DNA of 25,518 nt from a virus. Its lineage: Duplodnaviria > Caudoviricetes. Below the pieces are notes generated by a model, which saw nothing but the letters and a program-made list of their open reading frames with translations, ran no database searches and was not told where the DNA came from. Below are positions 5,408 to 13,218 of the stretch, piece by piece. The position numbers and the translations under genes were made by a program. How positions within the stretch are numbered: position 1 is the first letter of the stretch; each line of letters starts with the position of its first letter. The stretch covers positions 1 to 25,518 of IMG/VR virus record IMGVR_UViG_3300030389_000479. One strand, written 5' to 3'.

Positions 5408-5746
5408 ATGAGTATGAGAGTTGGTGTAATGGTAGCTGGTCTACTGAAAAAGTTATTGCAAACAAAACAGAACGTAGATAGTCTTTCTGAAGAGGAGATA
5501 GTTCATGGCAAAGACACCACTGTGGCAACGCAAGGGAGGAAAGAATCCAAAGGGAGGGCTAAACGCGGCAGGAAGAGCGTCAGCTCGAAAACAAGGAATG
5601 AACCTCAAAGCGCCAGTAAAGTCAGGAGACAATCCTCGAAGAGCAAGCTTCCTAGCAAGAATGGGAAACATGAAAGGACCAGAAAGAGACTCAAAGGGAA
5701 AACCAACGAGACTTCTTCTAAGTCTAAGAGCGTGGGGAGCAAGTAG
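5408..5746 (+). CDS. Possible hypothetical protein overlapping the next gene in another frame
   Basis: AAGGAG at 5401-5406 is well spaced for the ATG at 5414. The first ~30 codons occupy otherwise empty sequence, and the remaining 242 nt overlap 5505..5816. Confidence 0.4.
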   Translation: MSMRVGVMVAGLLKKLLQTKQNVDSLSEEEIVHGKDTTVATQGRKESKGRAKRGRKSVSSKTRNEPQSASKVRRQSSKSKLPSKNGKHERTRKRLKGKTNETSSKSKSVGSK

Positions 5747-5816
5747 CAAAGCTGATGCTCGAGCGAAAGCAAAAGCTATTAGTAAACGCAACAAAGCAAA
5801 GAAAGGTAAATCATGA
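5505..5816 (+). CDS. Small very basic phage protein (DUF6321-like)
   Basis: GAGGAG RBS. WQRKGGKNPKGGLNAAGRAS...RRASFLARMG...RLLLSLRAWG resembles a widespread phage basic protein family (recall, not searched). Confidence 0.8.
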   Translation: MAKTPLWQRKGGKNPKGGLNAAGRASARKQGMNLKAPVKSGDNPRRASFLARMGNMKGPERDSKGKPTRLLLSLRAWGASSKADARAKAKAISKRNKAKKGKS

Positions 5817-5947
5817 AGACAATGGGTTCTATTCGAGATAAGAAGAATGGTAATGGTTTAACTGCCAAGCAAAAGACTTTACCAAAAGACCTTCAAGAAA
5901 AAATTATGAAGTCAAAGAAGAAAAAGAAACCTTTATATAAGGCGTAG
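5813..5947 (+). CDS. 44-aa Lys-rich peptide MKTMGSIRDKKNGNGLTAKQKTLPKDLQEKIMKSKKKKKPLYKA
   Basis: Hand translation. ATGA overlap with the previous stop and AAGG upstream. Fills the gap. Confidence 0.7.
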   Translation: MKTMGSIRDKKNGNGLTAKQKTLPKDLQEKIMKSKKKKKPLYKA

Positions 5948-5950
5948 GTC

Positions 5951-6118
5951 ATGGCAGTTAATGCGGCTGGTAACTATACCAAACCAAAAATGCGTAAAGC
6001 TTTATTCAACTCTATAAAAGCTAGAGCTGTTCAAGGTACGGCGGCTGGTAAATGGTCAGCACGAAAAGCACAACTCCTGGCTAAACTTTATAAGAAGCGT
6101 GGTGGTGGATATACCTAA
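5951..6118 (+). CDS. 55-aa basic protein, N-terminal half of a DUF5872-like domain (MAVNAAGNYTKPKMRK...GKWSARKAQLLAKLYKKRGGGYT)
   Basis: Hand translation. YTKP...WSARKAQLLA..Y...GGGY motif and TAATG overlap with the next ORF. Confidence 0.75.
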   Translation: MAVNAAGNYTKPKMRKALFNSIKARAVQGTAAGKWSARKAQLLAKLYKKRGGGYT

Positions 6119-6360
6119 TGAAGAAGTCACAGAGAAGCTTAAAGGCTTGGGGAGAACAAGACTGGCAAACCAAAAGTGGCAAGAAGTCTTCCGTGACTGG
6201 GGAAAGATATCTACCAAAGAAAGCAATCAAAGCTCTTACAGCAGAAGAGTACGCACGAACCACAGCAGAGAAAAGAAAAGCAAAGAAGAAAGGGAAACAA
6301 TTTTCTTCTCAACCAAAAGCGATTGCAAAAAAGACAGCACTCTATAGGAAATTTGCATGA
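6118..6360 (+). CDS. 80-aa basic protein, C-terminal half of a DUF5872-like domain
   Basis: SQRSLKAWGEQDWQTKSGKKS..TGERYLPKKA motif. Coupled at both ends. Confidence 0.8.
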   Translation: MKKSQRSLKAWGEQDWQTKSGKKSSVTGERYLPKKAIKALTAEEYARTTAEKRKAKKKGKQFSSQPKAIAKKTALYRKFA

Positions 6361-6560
6361 GCTTTATAAACAATCTCAAACCAGAAGAACATAGATATTT
6401 AAGACGCATAGTAAAAGAAATACACTTTCAATACTTTGATGAGAAACATGGAGCTTCTTTCGTCACTAATAAAATGCTAGATAATGTCATTGAGAATATT
6501 GGACCTGAGGTTGCAGAGGCAATGATTAAAACTGGTGTAGATAAAGGTGACAGAGTTTAA
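6357..6560 (+). CDS. Hypothetical protein (67 aa)
   Basis: ATGA overlap upstream, AGGA RBS, and overlap with the terL start. Confidence 0.75.
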   Translation: MSFINNLKPEEHRYLRRIVKEIHFQYFDEKHGASFVTNKMLDNVIENIGPEVAEAMIKTGVDKGDRV

Positions 6561-8067
6561 GTACAAGCCTGATGGCAATGTTCTAAAAAGTTTTATGAAG
6601 GATGATAGTTTTTTTCGTGGCATCCGTGGTCCAGTTGGTTCTGGTAAATCTGTTGGATGCTGTGTTGAGTTATTCCGAAGAGCATTAGAACAGAAACCAA
6701 ATGATGATGGAGTTCGGAAATCTCGATGGGCTGTTATCCGAAACACCAATCCCCAGCTAAGAACCACAACAATCAAGACATGGTTAGACTGGTTTCCAGA
6801 ATCAGACTGGGGTAATTTTCACTGGTCTGTTCCTTACACTCACCACATCAAAGTAAATGATCTTGACCTCGAAGTAATTTTTTTAGCGTTAGATAGACCA
6901 GAAGATGTAAAGAAGTTGTTGTCATTAGAACTTACTGGGATATGGATTAACGAAGCAAGAGAAATACCAAAGAGTATAGTTGATGCGTGTACTATGCGTG
7001 TTGGTAGATATCCAAGTATGCGAGAGGGTGGTGCTAGTTGGTCTGGTGTTATCTGTGATACTAACGCACCAGAAGAAGATCATTGGTGGGCTATAATGTC
7101 AGGTGAAGTTCCTATCCCTGATCACATTCCTCGAGAGCAAGCAACCATGTTAGTAAAGCCTGACAACTGGAAATTTTTTGCACAGCCTCCAGCCATGAAA
7201 GAACATATTAATGATAGAAAAGAAGTTACTTCTTATTCTCTGAATAAAGATGCAGAGAACCGAAAAAATATTTTAGAAACATATTATCCTAATCTGATAA
7301 GAGGTAAGACTAAGAACTGGATAGATGTTTATGTAATGAATAGGTTGGGATTGATTCAGGAAGGCAAACCAGTTTATCCTGACTTTCTTTCTGAAACTCA
7401 TGTAGCTGATGAAGAGATACCAGTTGCTGTTGGTATACCACTATATGTTGGGATTGACTTTGGCTTGACTCCTTCTGCTGTTTTTGGTCAGAAGGTAAGA
7501 GGTCGATGGTTGGTTCAAGCTGAGATTGTTGCTGTTGATATGGGTGTAGTTCGTTTTGCTGAGTTACTGCGACAAGAGATTGCGACACGATTCAATGGTC
7601 TTGATGTTTATATTTATGGTGATCCAGCTGGTGACTTCCGAGCGCAAACAGATGAATCAACTCCTTTTCAAATATTAAGAGGAGCTGGATTGAAAGCTGT
7701 GCCAGCTCCCAGTAATAGTGTTGACCTTAGATTGGAATCTGTTTCTTCTCAACTAACTAAGATGGCAGAGGGATTGCCAGCCTTTATGATTGATAGAAGA
7801 TGCGCTACATTAATCAAAGGTTTTCAAGGTGGTTATTGCTATAGACGTATGCAAGTATCTGGAGAAAGATATGATGATAAACCTGAGAAAAATATGTACT
7901 CTCATATCCATGATGCCTTGCAATATATGATGCTTGGTGCTGGTGAAGGACGCAGTTTGATGTCTGGACAGAAACCAGTCAAAGCTTTCAACGCAAGAAA
8001 AGGCTTTGATATTTTTAGAAGATCGCCTAATAATAAGAAAAGTAGCTCATTTTGGAATAGACTATAA
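6547..8067 (+). CDS. terL: Terminase large subunit
   Basis: Walker A GPVGSGKS, Walker B IWINEARE, motif III CDTNAP, and RNase H-like nuclease residues GIDFGLTP and HIHDALQY. GTG start. Confidence 0.95.
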   Translation: MTEFKYKPDGNVLKSFMKDDSFFRGIRGPVGSGKSVGCCVELFRRALEQKPNDDGVRKSRWAVIRNTNPQLRTTTIKTWLDWFPESDWGNFHWSVPYTHHIKVNDLDLEVIFLALDRPEDVKKLLSLELTGIWINEAREIPKSIVDACTMRVGRYPSMREGGASWSGVICDTNAPEEDHWWAIMSGEVPIPDHIPREQATMLVKPDNWKFFAQPPAMKEHINDRKEVTSYSLNKDAENRKNILETYYPNLIRGKTKNWIDVYVMNRLGLIQEGKPVYPDFLSETHVADEEIPVAVGIPLYVGIDFGLTPSAVFGQKVRGRWLVQAEIVAVDMGVVRFAELLRQEIATRFNGLDVYIYGDPAGDFRAQTDESTPFQILRGAGLKAVPAPSNSVDLRLESVSSQLTKMAEGLPAFMIDRRCATLIKGFQGGYCYRRMQVSGERYDDKPEKNMYSHIHDALQYMMLGAGEGRSLMSGQKPVKAFNARKGFDIFRRSPNNKKSSSFWNRL

Positions 8068-8078
8068 GGAGATTCGGT

Positions 8079-8375
8079 ATGTGTTTTGGTGGTGGTGGTA
8101 GCAGTCAACCTGAGAAAACAAGTCCAGTTGTTGACCAAGAACAAAAAGAAAAAGAGAAAGAAGAAAAGAAACGAACTATCGAAAGGCGGCAAGAAGAAAA
8201 AGAACGTACTATTGCACAAGAGCAACCAATAAAAACATCACTTACTTATGAGACTGGACCAAAGACTGGTCAGTCAGTTATGCGTGGCAGTAGAGGACGC
8301 AGAGCATTATACACTTCTGCTCGAGGTGGTATTGGATATAGAAGTCCAATGAGTGGTGGAGGAATGTACGGCTAA
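8079..8375 (+). CDS. Small virion-associated protein preceding the portal (MCFGGGG..., T7 gp7.3-like position)
   Basis: AAGGAG RBS. The MC-GG N-terminus is typical of this gene slot in podoviruses. Confidence 0.7.
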   Translation: MCFGGGGSSQPEKTSPVVDQEQKEKEKEEKKRTIERRQEEKERTIAQEQPIKTSLTYETGPKTGQSVMRGSRGRRALYTSARGGIGYRSPMSGGGMYG

Positions 8376-9931
8376 TGCATGATGAAGAAATTATAGATTC
8401 CTTTCTCAAAAAATACGAGAGAGCAAAATCAGTAAGGCAAAGATGGGAAAGTCTCTTTGATGAGTGCTATGAGTTTGCTCTGCCTATGCGACAAACCTTT
8501 GGAACAAATAGTATTGGCGAAAGAAGAGATGATAAAATTTTTGATGAGACTGCTGTTGTTGGTGTTCAGGAATTTGCATCAAGACTTCAGGCTGGTCTAG
8601 TTCCAAACTTTGCTCGATGGGCTGACTTTACTGCTGGTAGTGAAGTTCCGAAAGAACAAAAAGATGCTATCAATAATGAACTTGAAGAGGTAACTGATTA
8701 TGTCTTTGAGGTTATTCAGAACTCAAACTTTGGTCAGGAGGTTCATGAATCGTTTATGGACTTGGCAATCGGTACTGGTGTACTGCATGTCGAGGAGGGC
8801 GATGCTATTAATCCTATTAACTTTACAGCTCTGCCTCTTCCTCATGTTGTATTGGATGTTGGTCCTGACGATAGGATTGATCATGTATATAGAGAGAGGG
8901 ATATTCGGTACTCTGACATAATGGTTCTATATCCCAAAGCAACAATCAACTCTCGACTGCAATCTGTTATGACTGCTAATCCAGAGGGAAGAACAAAGGT
9001 ATTAGAAATAATATGTAAAGACTATTCTCAAATTAATGAAGATGCATACTTCTGTATTATCTTTGATATAAATACAAAGTGCATGTTGAAGTATGAAACT
9101 TTCAAAGGTACTGGTAGCAATCCTTTTATTTGTTTTCGTTGGAGCAAAGACCCCGGTGCAATCTATGGTCGAGGTCCACTTATCAATGCATTAAGTGCAA
9201 TCAAGACTACTAACCTTACAATAGAACTGATATTAGAAAATGCACAGATGGCTATATCTGGTGTTTATCAAATGGATGATGATGGTGTTATCAATCCAGA
9301 TACAATCAACTTAGTGCCTGGAACTGTAATACCTAAAGCACCAAACTCTGCTGGACTACAACCAGTTCAAGCCGCTGGATCATTTGATGTTGCTAATCTT
9401 ATTCTTTCTGATATGCGACTTAATATTAAGAGAGCATTGTATAATGACATGCTAGGAAATCCAGATCGAACACCAGCAAGTGCAACAGAGATAGCAGAAC
9501 GTATGGCAGATTTATCAAGACGTATTGGTTCGGCTTTCGGTAGACTCCAAGCAGAATTAGTTCAACCAGTTCTACAAAGAGTAGTATACATCTTGAAGAA
9601 GCAAGGACGTATTAACATACCAACAATCAATGGTAGGTCAGTCAAGGTTCGTTCTGTTTCACCACTTTCGCAAGCACAAGCTAATCAGGATATTACATCT
9701 ATCAATAGATTTTTAGAAATGGTTGGAGTGCGCTTTGGACCTGAGTTAGTAAATGTATTAATTAATTCAGAAGAGACAGCAATATACCTAGCTAAAAAAT
9801 TTGGTATACCAGAGTATCTACTAAGAGACCTAGAAGAACGTAAACAGATTATAGCTATGGCTCAACAACTACAACAACAACAAGCAATGATGCAACAACA
9901 AGGAACTATGGATGAACAAACTCAGCAGTAA
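8375..9931 (+). CDS. Portal (head-to-tail connector) protein, T7 gp8/BPP-1 type
   Basis: 518 aa. Motifs IFDETAV...FASRLQAGL, DLAIGTG, RWSKDPGAIYGRGP and SATEIAER, with a Gln-rich tail. Confidence 0.93.
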   Translation: MHDEEIIDSFLKKYERAKSVRQRWESLFDECYEFALPMRQTFGTNSIGERRDDKIFDETAVVGVQEFASRLQAGLVPNFARWADFTAGSEVPKEQKDAINNELEEVTDYVFEVIQNSNFGQEVHESFMDLAIGTGVLHVEEGDAINPINFTALPLPHVVLDVGPDDRIDHVYRERDIRYSDIMVLYPKATINSRLQSVMTANPEGRTKVLEIICKDYSQINEDAYFCIIFDINTKCMLKYETFKGTGSNPFICFRWSKDPGAIYGRGPLINALSAIKTTNLTIELILENAQMAISGVYQMDDDGVINPDTINLVPGTVIPKAPNSAGLQPVQAAGSFDVANLILSDMRLNIKRALYNDMLGNPDRTPASATEIAERMADLSRRIGSAFGRLQAELVQPVLQRVVYILKKQGRINIPTINGRSVKVRSVSPLSQAQANQDITSINRFLEMVGVRFGPELVNVLINSEETAIYLAKKFGIPEYLLRDLEERKQIIAMAQQLQQQQAMMQQQGTMDEQTQQ

Positions 9932-10181
9932 CATATCAAGTCTCGATGGATATCCTAGAGATAAGACTGACGATCAAAACATATCTTTAAATTTTGTTTC
10001 TCTGTTTAGCTCACCAGCTGGAGCAGAAGTATTAAAGTATTTACGCAGTGTAACAATAGAAGCTGTACATGGATCAGCTGTCACTAATGATACACTCCGT
10101 CATGCAGAAGGTCAGCGTTATATTGTTGGCTTAATTGAAAGACGTATTCAACATGGACATAAGGTAAAATCAAATGAGTGA
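9912..10181 (+). CDS. Small conserved protein between portal and scaffold (Bbp19-like)
   Basis: LFSSPAGAEVLKYLR...EGQRYIVGLIERRI pattern and gene position. Confidence 0.7.
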   Translation: MNKLSSNISSLDGYPRDKTDDQNISLNFVSLFSSPAGAEVLKYLRSVTIEAVHGSAVTNDTLRHAEGQRYIVGLIERRIQHGHKVKSNE

Positions 10182-10899
10182 AGAACAAACACAAGAAGCA
10201 CAACCACAAGAAGAACAGCAGACTATTGAAGTACCTCAAGAGTATGCTGATGAAAGACCGAAATGGTTACCTGAAAAGTTTAAGACTCCTGAAGACTTAG
10301 CTAACTCTTACGCAAACCTTGAGAGTAAGTTTGGTCAGAAAGAAGATGAGATACGCAATAGTGTTATGAAAGAGATTGAAGAGAAAGCGTATTCTGAAAG
10401 ACCAGCAACTGCTGGTGACTATGTTGTTCCTGACATCATTGATGCTGAAGAAGCTGTTGATAATGATCTTCTTGACTGGTGGGCTGATCATTCTTATGAG
10501 AATGGATTCTCTCAACAAGAGTTTGAGAATGGTATCCAAAAGTTTTATGAAGCAACAACTGGTGGATATAATGCAGATGCAGAGATGGAGCAGTTAGGTG
10601 ATAACGCACAAGAAAGAGTAGAAGCTGTTGGATTGTTTGTTGAGAAAACATTTAGTGAGGATACTCGATCTGCTATCGATGATCTTTGCTCAACAGCAGA
10701 AGGAATAAAAGCTATGGAGATTATAATGCACAATCTCAAAGAGAACCCTGTGTCTGGAACATCACAGCCAACGGCTACACTTACTGATGACAAGCTTCGA
10801 GAGATGATGAATGATCCTCGATACTATAGTCCAAACCAGCGTGATCCAGCCTTTGTCAAAATGGTTGATGAAGGATTTAGAAAGATGTATAACAGATGA
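10174..10899 (+). CDS. Capsid assembly scaffolding protein
   Basis: Highly acidic. RPKWLPEKFKTPEDLANSYANLESKFG and C-terminal MMNDPRYY...DPAFVKMV resemble T7 gp9-like scaffolds. Lies between portal and capsid. Confidence 0.85.
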   Translation: MSEEQTQEAQPQEEQQTIEVPQEYADERPKWLPEKFKTPEDLANSYANLESKFGQKEDEIRNSVMKEIEEKAYSERPATAGDYVVPDIIDAEEAVDNDLLDWWADHSYENGFSQQEFENGIQKFYEATTGGYNADAEMEQLGDNAQERVEAVGLFVEKTFSEDTRSAIDDLCSTAEGIKAMEIIMHNLKENPVSGTSQPTATLTDDKLREMMNDPRYYSPNQRDPAFVKMVDEGFRKMYNR

Positions 10900-11455
10900 C
10901 CAAAAAAAAAGTAAAGAAGCCGATAAAGTATTGACCTATATTAGAAGAGGCAACCTTGAGTTCAGACCATGTGTTGTATCTGATATTGATATTATTGTCG
11001 ATAACATGCGCTTACCTGATATCCGAGAGTGTGCATTGGTGGGGGTGACTCCCATGATTGCACTTAGAGTTCCCTTTGAAGAAAATGATTCAAGAGGTTT
11101 TACCATCACGCATAATAGTAAACCTATTGCAATGTGTGGTGTAACATCGATGGATAAGTATATGCATACTGGGAAGATATGGTTTCTTGGTACTGATGAG
11201 GTTGATGATATATGGAAATCTTTCTACAAACATAGCAAATTGATTCTTAGTTTTCTTGCTATCGGTTATGATATTGTAGAAAATTATGTGCCAGTTGACC
11301 ATGATAAGACTATTCGATGGCTTAAATGGATAGGGTTTGAGGTAGAAGATCAGCAGTATTTTATACATGATCATGAGTTTGTGCGAGTTTTCTATTGCAA
11401 TTTGAATAAATTTGAGTCTAATAATAGATTAAGTGAAAGACCCGTACTGCATTAG
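10896..11455 (+). CDS. T7 gp13-like (internal virion protein A / acetyltransferase-fold) protein; start codon uncertain because of an A9 tract
   Basis: MRLPDIREC..., IWFLGTD and ENYVPVDHDKTIRWLKWIGF motifs. The ATG at 10896 is one base out of frame with the body. The ORF-track start (10811) lies inside the scaffold gene. Confidence 0.7.
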
Positions 11456-11502
11456 AGAAGCCCACTACGGACAACTTCGTTGAAAATTGCAAAGGATAAT
11501 CT
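11438..11502 (+). promoter_or_regulatory. Structured leader motif upstream of the major capsid gene (two nested CCC...GGAYAA internal-loop stems)
   Basis: AGA-CCC...GGATAA-TCT encloses GAAG-CCC-ACTAC-GGACAA-CTTC. Confidence 0.45.
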
Positions 11503-11540
11503 GAAACGTAATTGAAACTTTAACTTTGATGGAGCTAATA

Positions 11541-12356
11541 ATGGCAAACACTATTGATACAGCCTTTATTAAGCAGTTCGAATCTGAAGTTCACCTTGCT
11601 TATCAGCGTATGGGTTCTAAGCTACGGAACACTGTGCGTATGGCAAACAATGTGACTGGTAGCGTTGTACGCTTCCAGAAGATTGGAACTGGTAGTGCGA
11701 GTACCAAGTCCAGAAATGGTCTTGTGACTCCAATGGAATTAGCACATACAACTGTTGAGGCGACTATGAGTGACTTCTATGCCGCCGAATATATCGACAA
11801 GTTGGATGAGCTAAAAATAAATATCAATGAAAGACAAGCAGTTGCTACTTCAGCGGCGGCGGCTCTTGGTCGTAAGACTGATGAGATACTCTATACAGCA
11901 ATGGATAGTGGTGCTAACTCAACTCAGATTCACGATACAAACAGTGCGCTTGGAAAAGCTGACTTGTTAACATTGTTCGAAACCTTCGGTACTGCAAACA
12001 TCCCTGAGGATGGTGGTAGATATCTTGCGATGCATCCAAAGGGTTTTGCTGATCTGTTTAACATAACAGAATTTGCATCATCTGATTTTGTTGGTGAGCA
12101 GAATCTTCCATTTGCTGGTGGTATGACAATGAAGTCTTTCTTAGGATTTCAAATCTTTTCAACTGCGGCTATCACAGCTGGAAAGAATATGGCTTACCAT
12201 ACAACATCTGTTGGTCTCGGTATTAACTCTGATGTTCAAACTGAACTTAACTATGTTCCAGAGAGAGCGTCACATCTTGCAACATCTATGATGTCTATGG
12301 GTGCTACTGTCATTGATGACAATGGTATCTATGAAGTCTTAGATAATAACACATAG
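11541..12356 (+). CDS. Major capsid protein (271 aa)
   Basis: MANTIDTAFIKQFESEVHLAYQRMGSKLRNTVR, YIDKLDELK and AAAALGRKTDEI motifs. GGAG before the ATG at 11541. Canonical gene position. Confidence 0.9.
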   Translation: MANTIDTAFIKQFESEVHLAYQRMGSKLRNTVRMANNVTGSVVRFQKIGTGSASTKSRNGLVTPMELAHTTVEATMSDFYAAEYIDKLDELKININERQAVATSAAAALGRKTDEILYTAMDSGANSTQIHDTNSALGKADLLTLFETFGTANIPEDGGRYLAMHPKGFADLFNITEFASSDFVGEQNLPFAGGMTMKSFLGFQIFSTAAITAGKNMAYHTTSVGLGINSDVQTELNYVPERASHLATSMMSMGATVIDDNGIYEVLDNNT

Positions 12357-12367
12357 GGGGTATTGAC

Positions 12368-12631
12368 ATGGCTTATAGTGCTAGTGGATTATCTCGATTA
12401 GCTGGTGCATCTAATCTTAACTTGTGGGCGTATACAACTACAGACGCTATTGGTACTGTAAATACCGCTGGTTATTTTAATGATGCCGCGAACATGCTAG
12501 CTGTTCGAGATGTTATTATGGTTGCTGATACAAACACTCCTACGACTCACTTTGTGACTGTTTTGTCAAACACTGGAACTGTAGTAGATGTATCTGATGG
12601 TACAGCTATTGCTGAAACAGACGGCGACTAA
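12368..12631 (+). CDS. Small virion structural protein (possible capsid decoration protein)
   Basis: 87 aa, Ala/Thr/Asp-rich, directly after the capsid gene with a GGGGG RBS. Confidence 0.65.
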   Translation: MAYSASGLSRLAGASNLNLWAYTTTDAIGTVNTAGYFNDAANMLAVRDVIMVADTNTPTTHFVTVLSNTGTVVDVSDGTAIAETDGD

Positions 12632-13218
12632 TGACTTCAACTGCGGCAGATAGCGCAATAGATATATCGAGTCGCGCTCTTATCTTGATAGGAGCTGAAC
12701 CGATAACCTCGTTCACTGATGGTACAACAGAATCATTAGTTGCTTCGAGTCTCTATGAAGATATCTGCCGTAGTGCATTATCTAATACACGCTGGAGGTT
12801 TGCATCAGACCAAGCTGTATTAAATAGACTTACTGATGCTCCTACTGGTCGATATGATTTAGCATATCAACTTCCTTCAGAGACACTTATTGTTCATGCG
12901 ATTACTGTTAATGATTCTCTTGTTCAGTATCAGATATATGGTGATATGGTTTTTGCTGATACATCTACGCAAGATTCTGTGATTGCTGACTATACATTCA
13001 GAGCAAGGGAAGAAGACTTCCCAAGTTATTTTACTGTTGCTCTTGAGTATGCACTTGCTTCAGCGTTTGCTACTTCTATTGCCAGAGATGGTAGCTTAAT
13101 GCAACTGATGACACAGATGGCAGATCGTGCAATGCTCAAAGCACGAAACATTGATTCACAACAACAAACAACTAGGGTAATCCCACAAACTAGATTCAGT
13201 GCATTTAGGAGAAGCTAA
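12631..13218 (+). CDS. Tail tubular protein A (T7 gp11-like adaptor)
   Basis: ISSRALILIGAEPITSF...WRFA...YQLP and FPSYF..AL..ALA patterns, plus size and position. Confidence 0.85.
   Translation: MTSTAADSAIDISSRALILIGAEPITSFTDGTTESLVASSLYEDICRSALSNTRWRFASDQAVLNRLTDAPTGRYDLAYQLPSETLIVHAITVNDSLVQYQIYGDMVFADTSTQDSVIADYTFRAREEDFPSYFTVALEYALASAFATSIARDGSLMQLMTQMADRAMLKARNIDSQQQTTRVIPQTRFSAFRRS

Noticed and set aside
9863-9900. CAA-rich microsatellite-like run
   Set aside because: Encodes the ordinary Gln-rich C-terminal tail of the portal protein.
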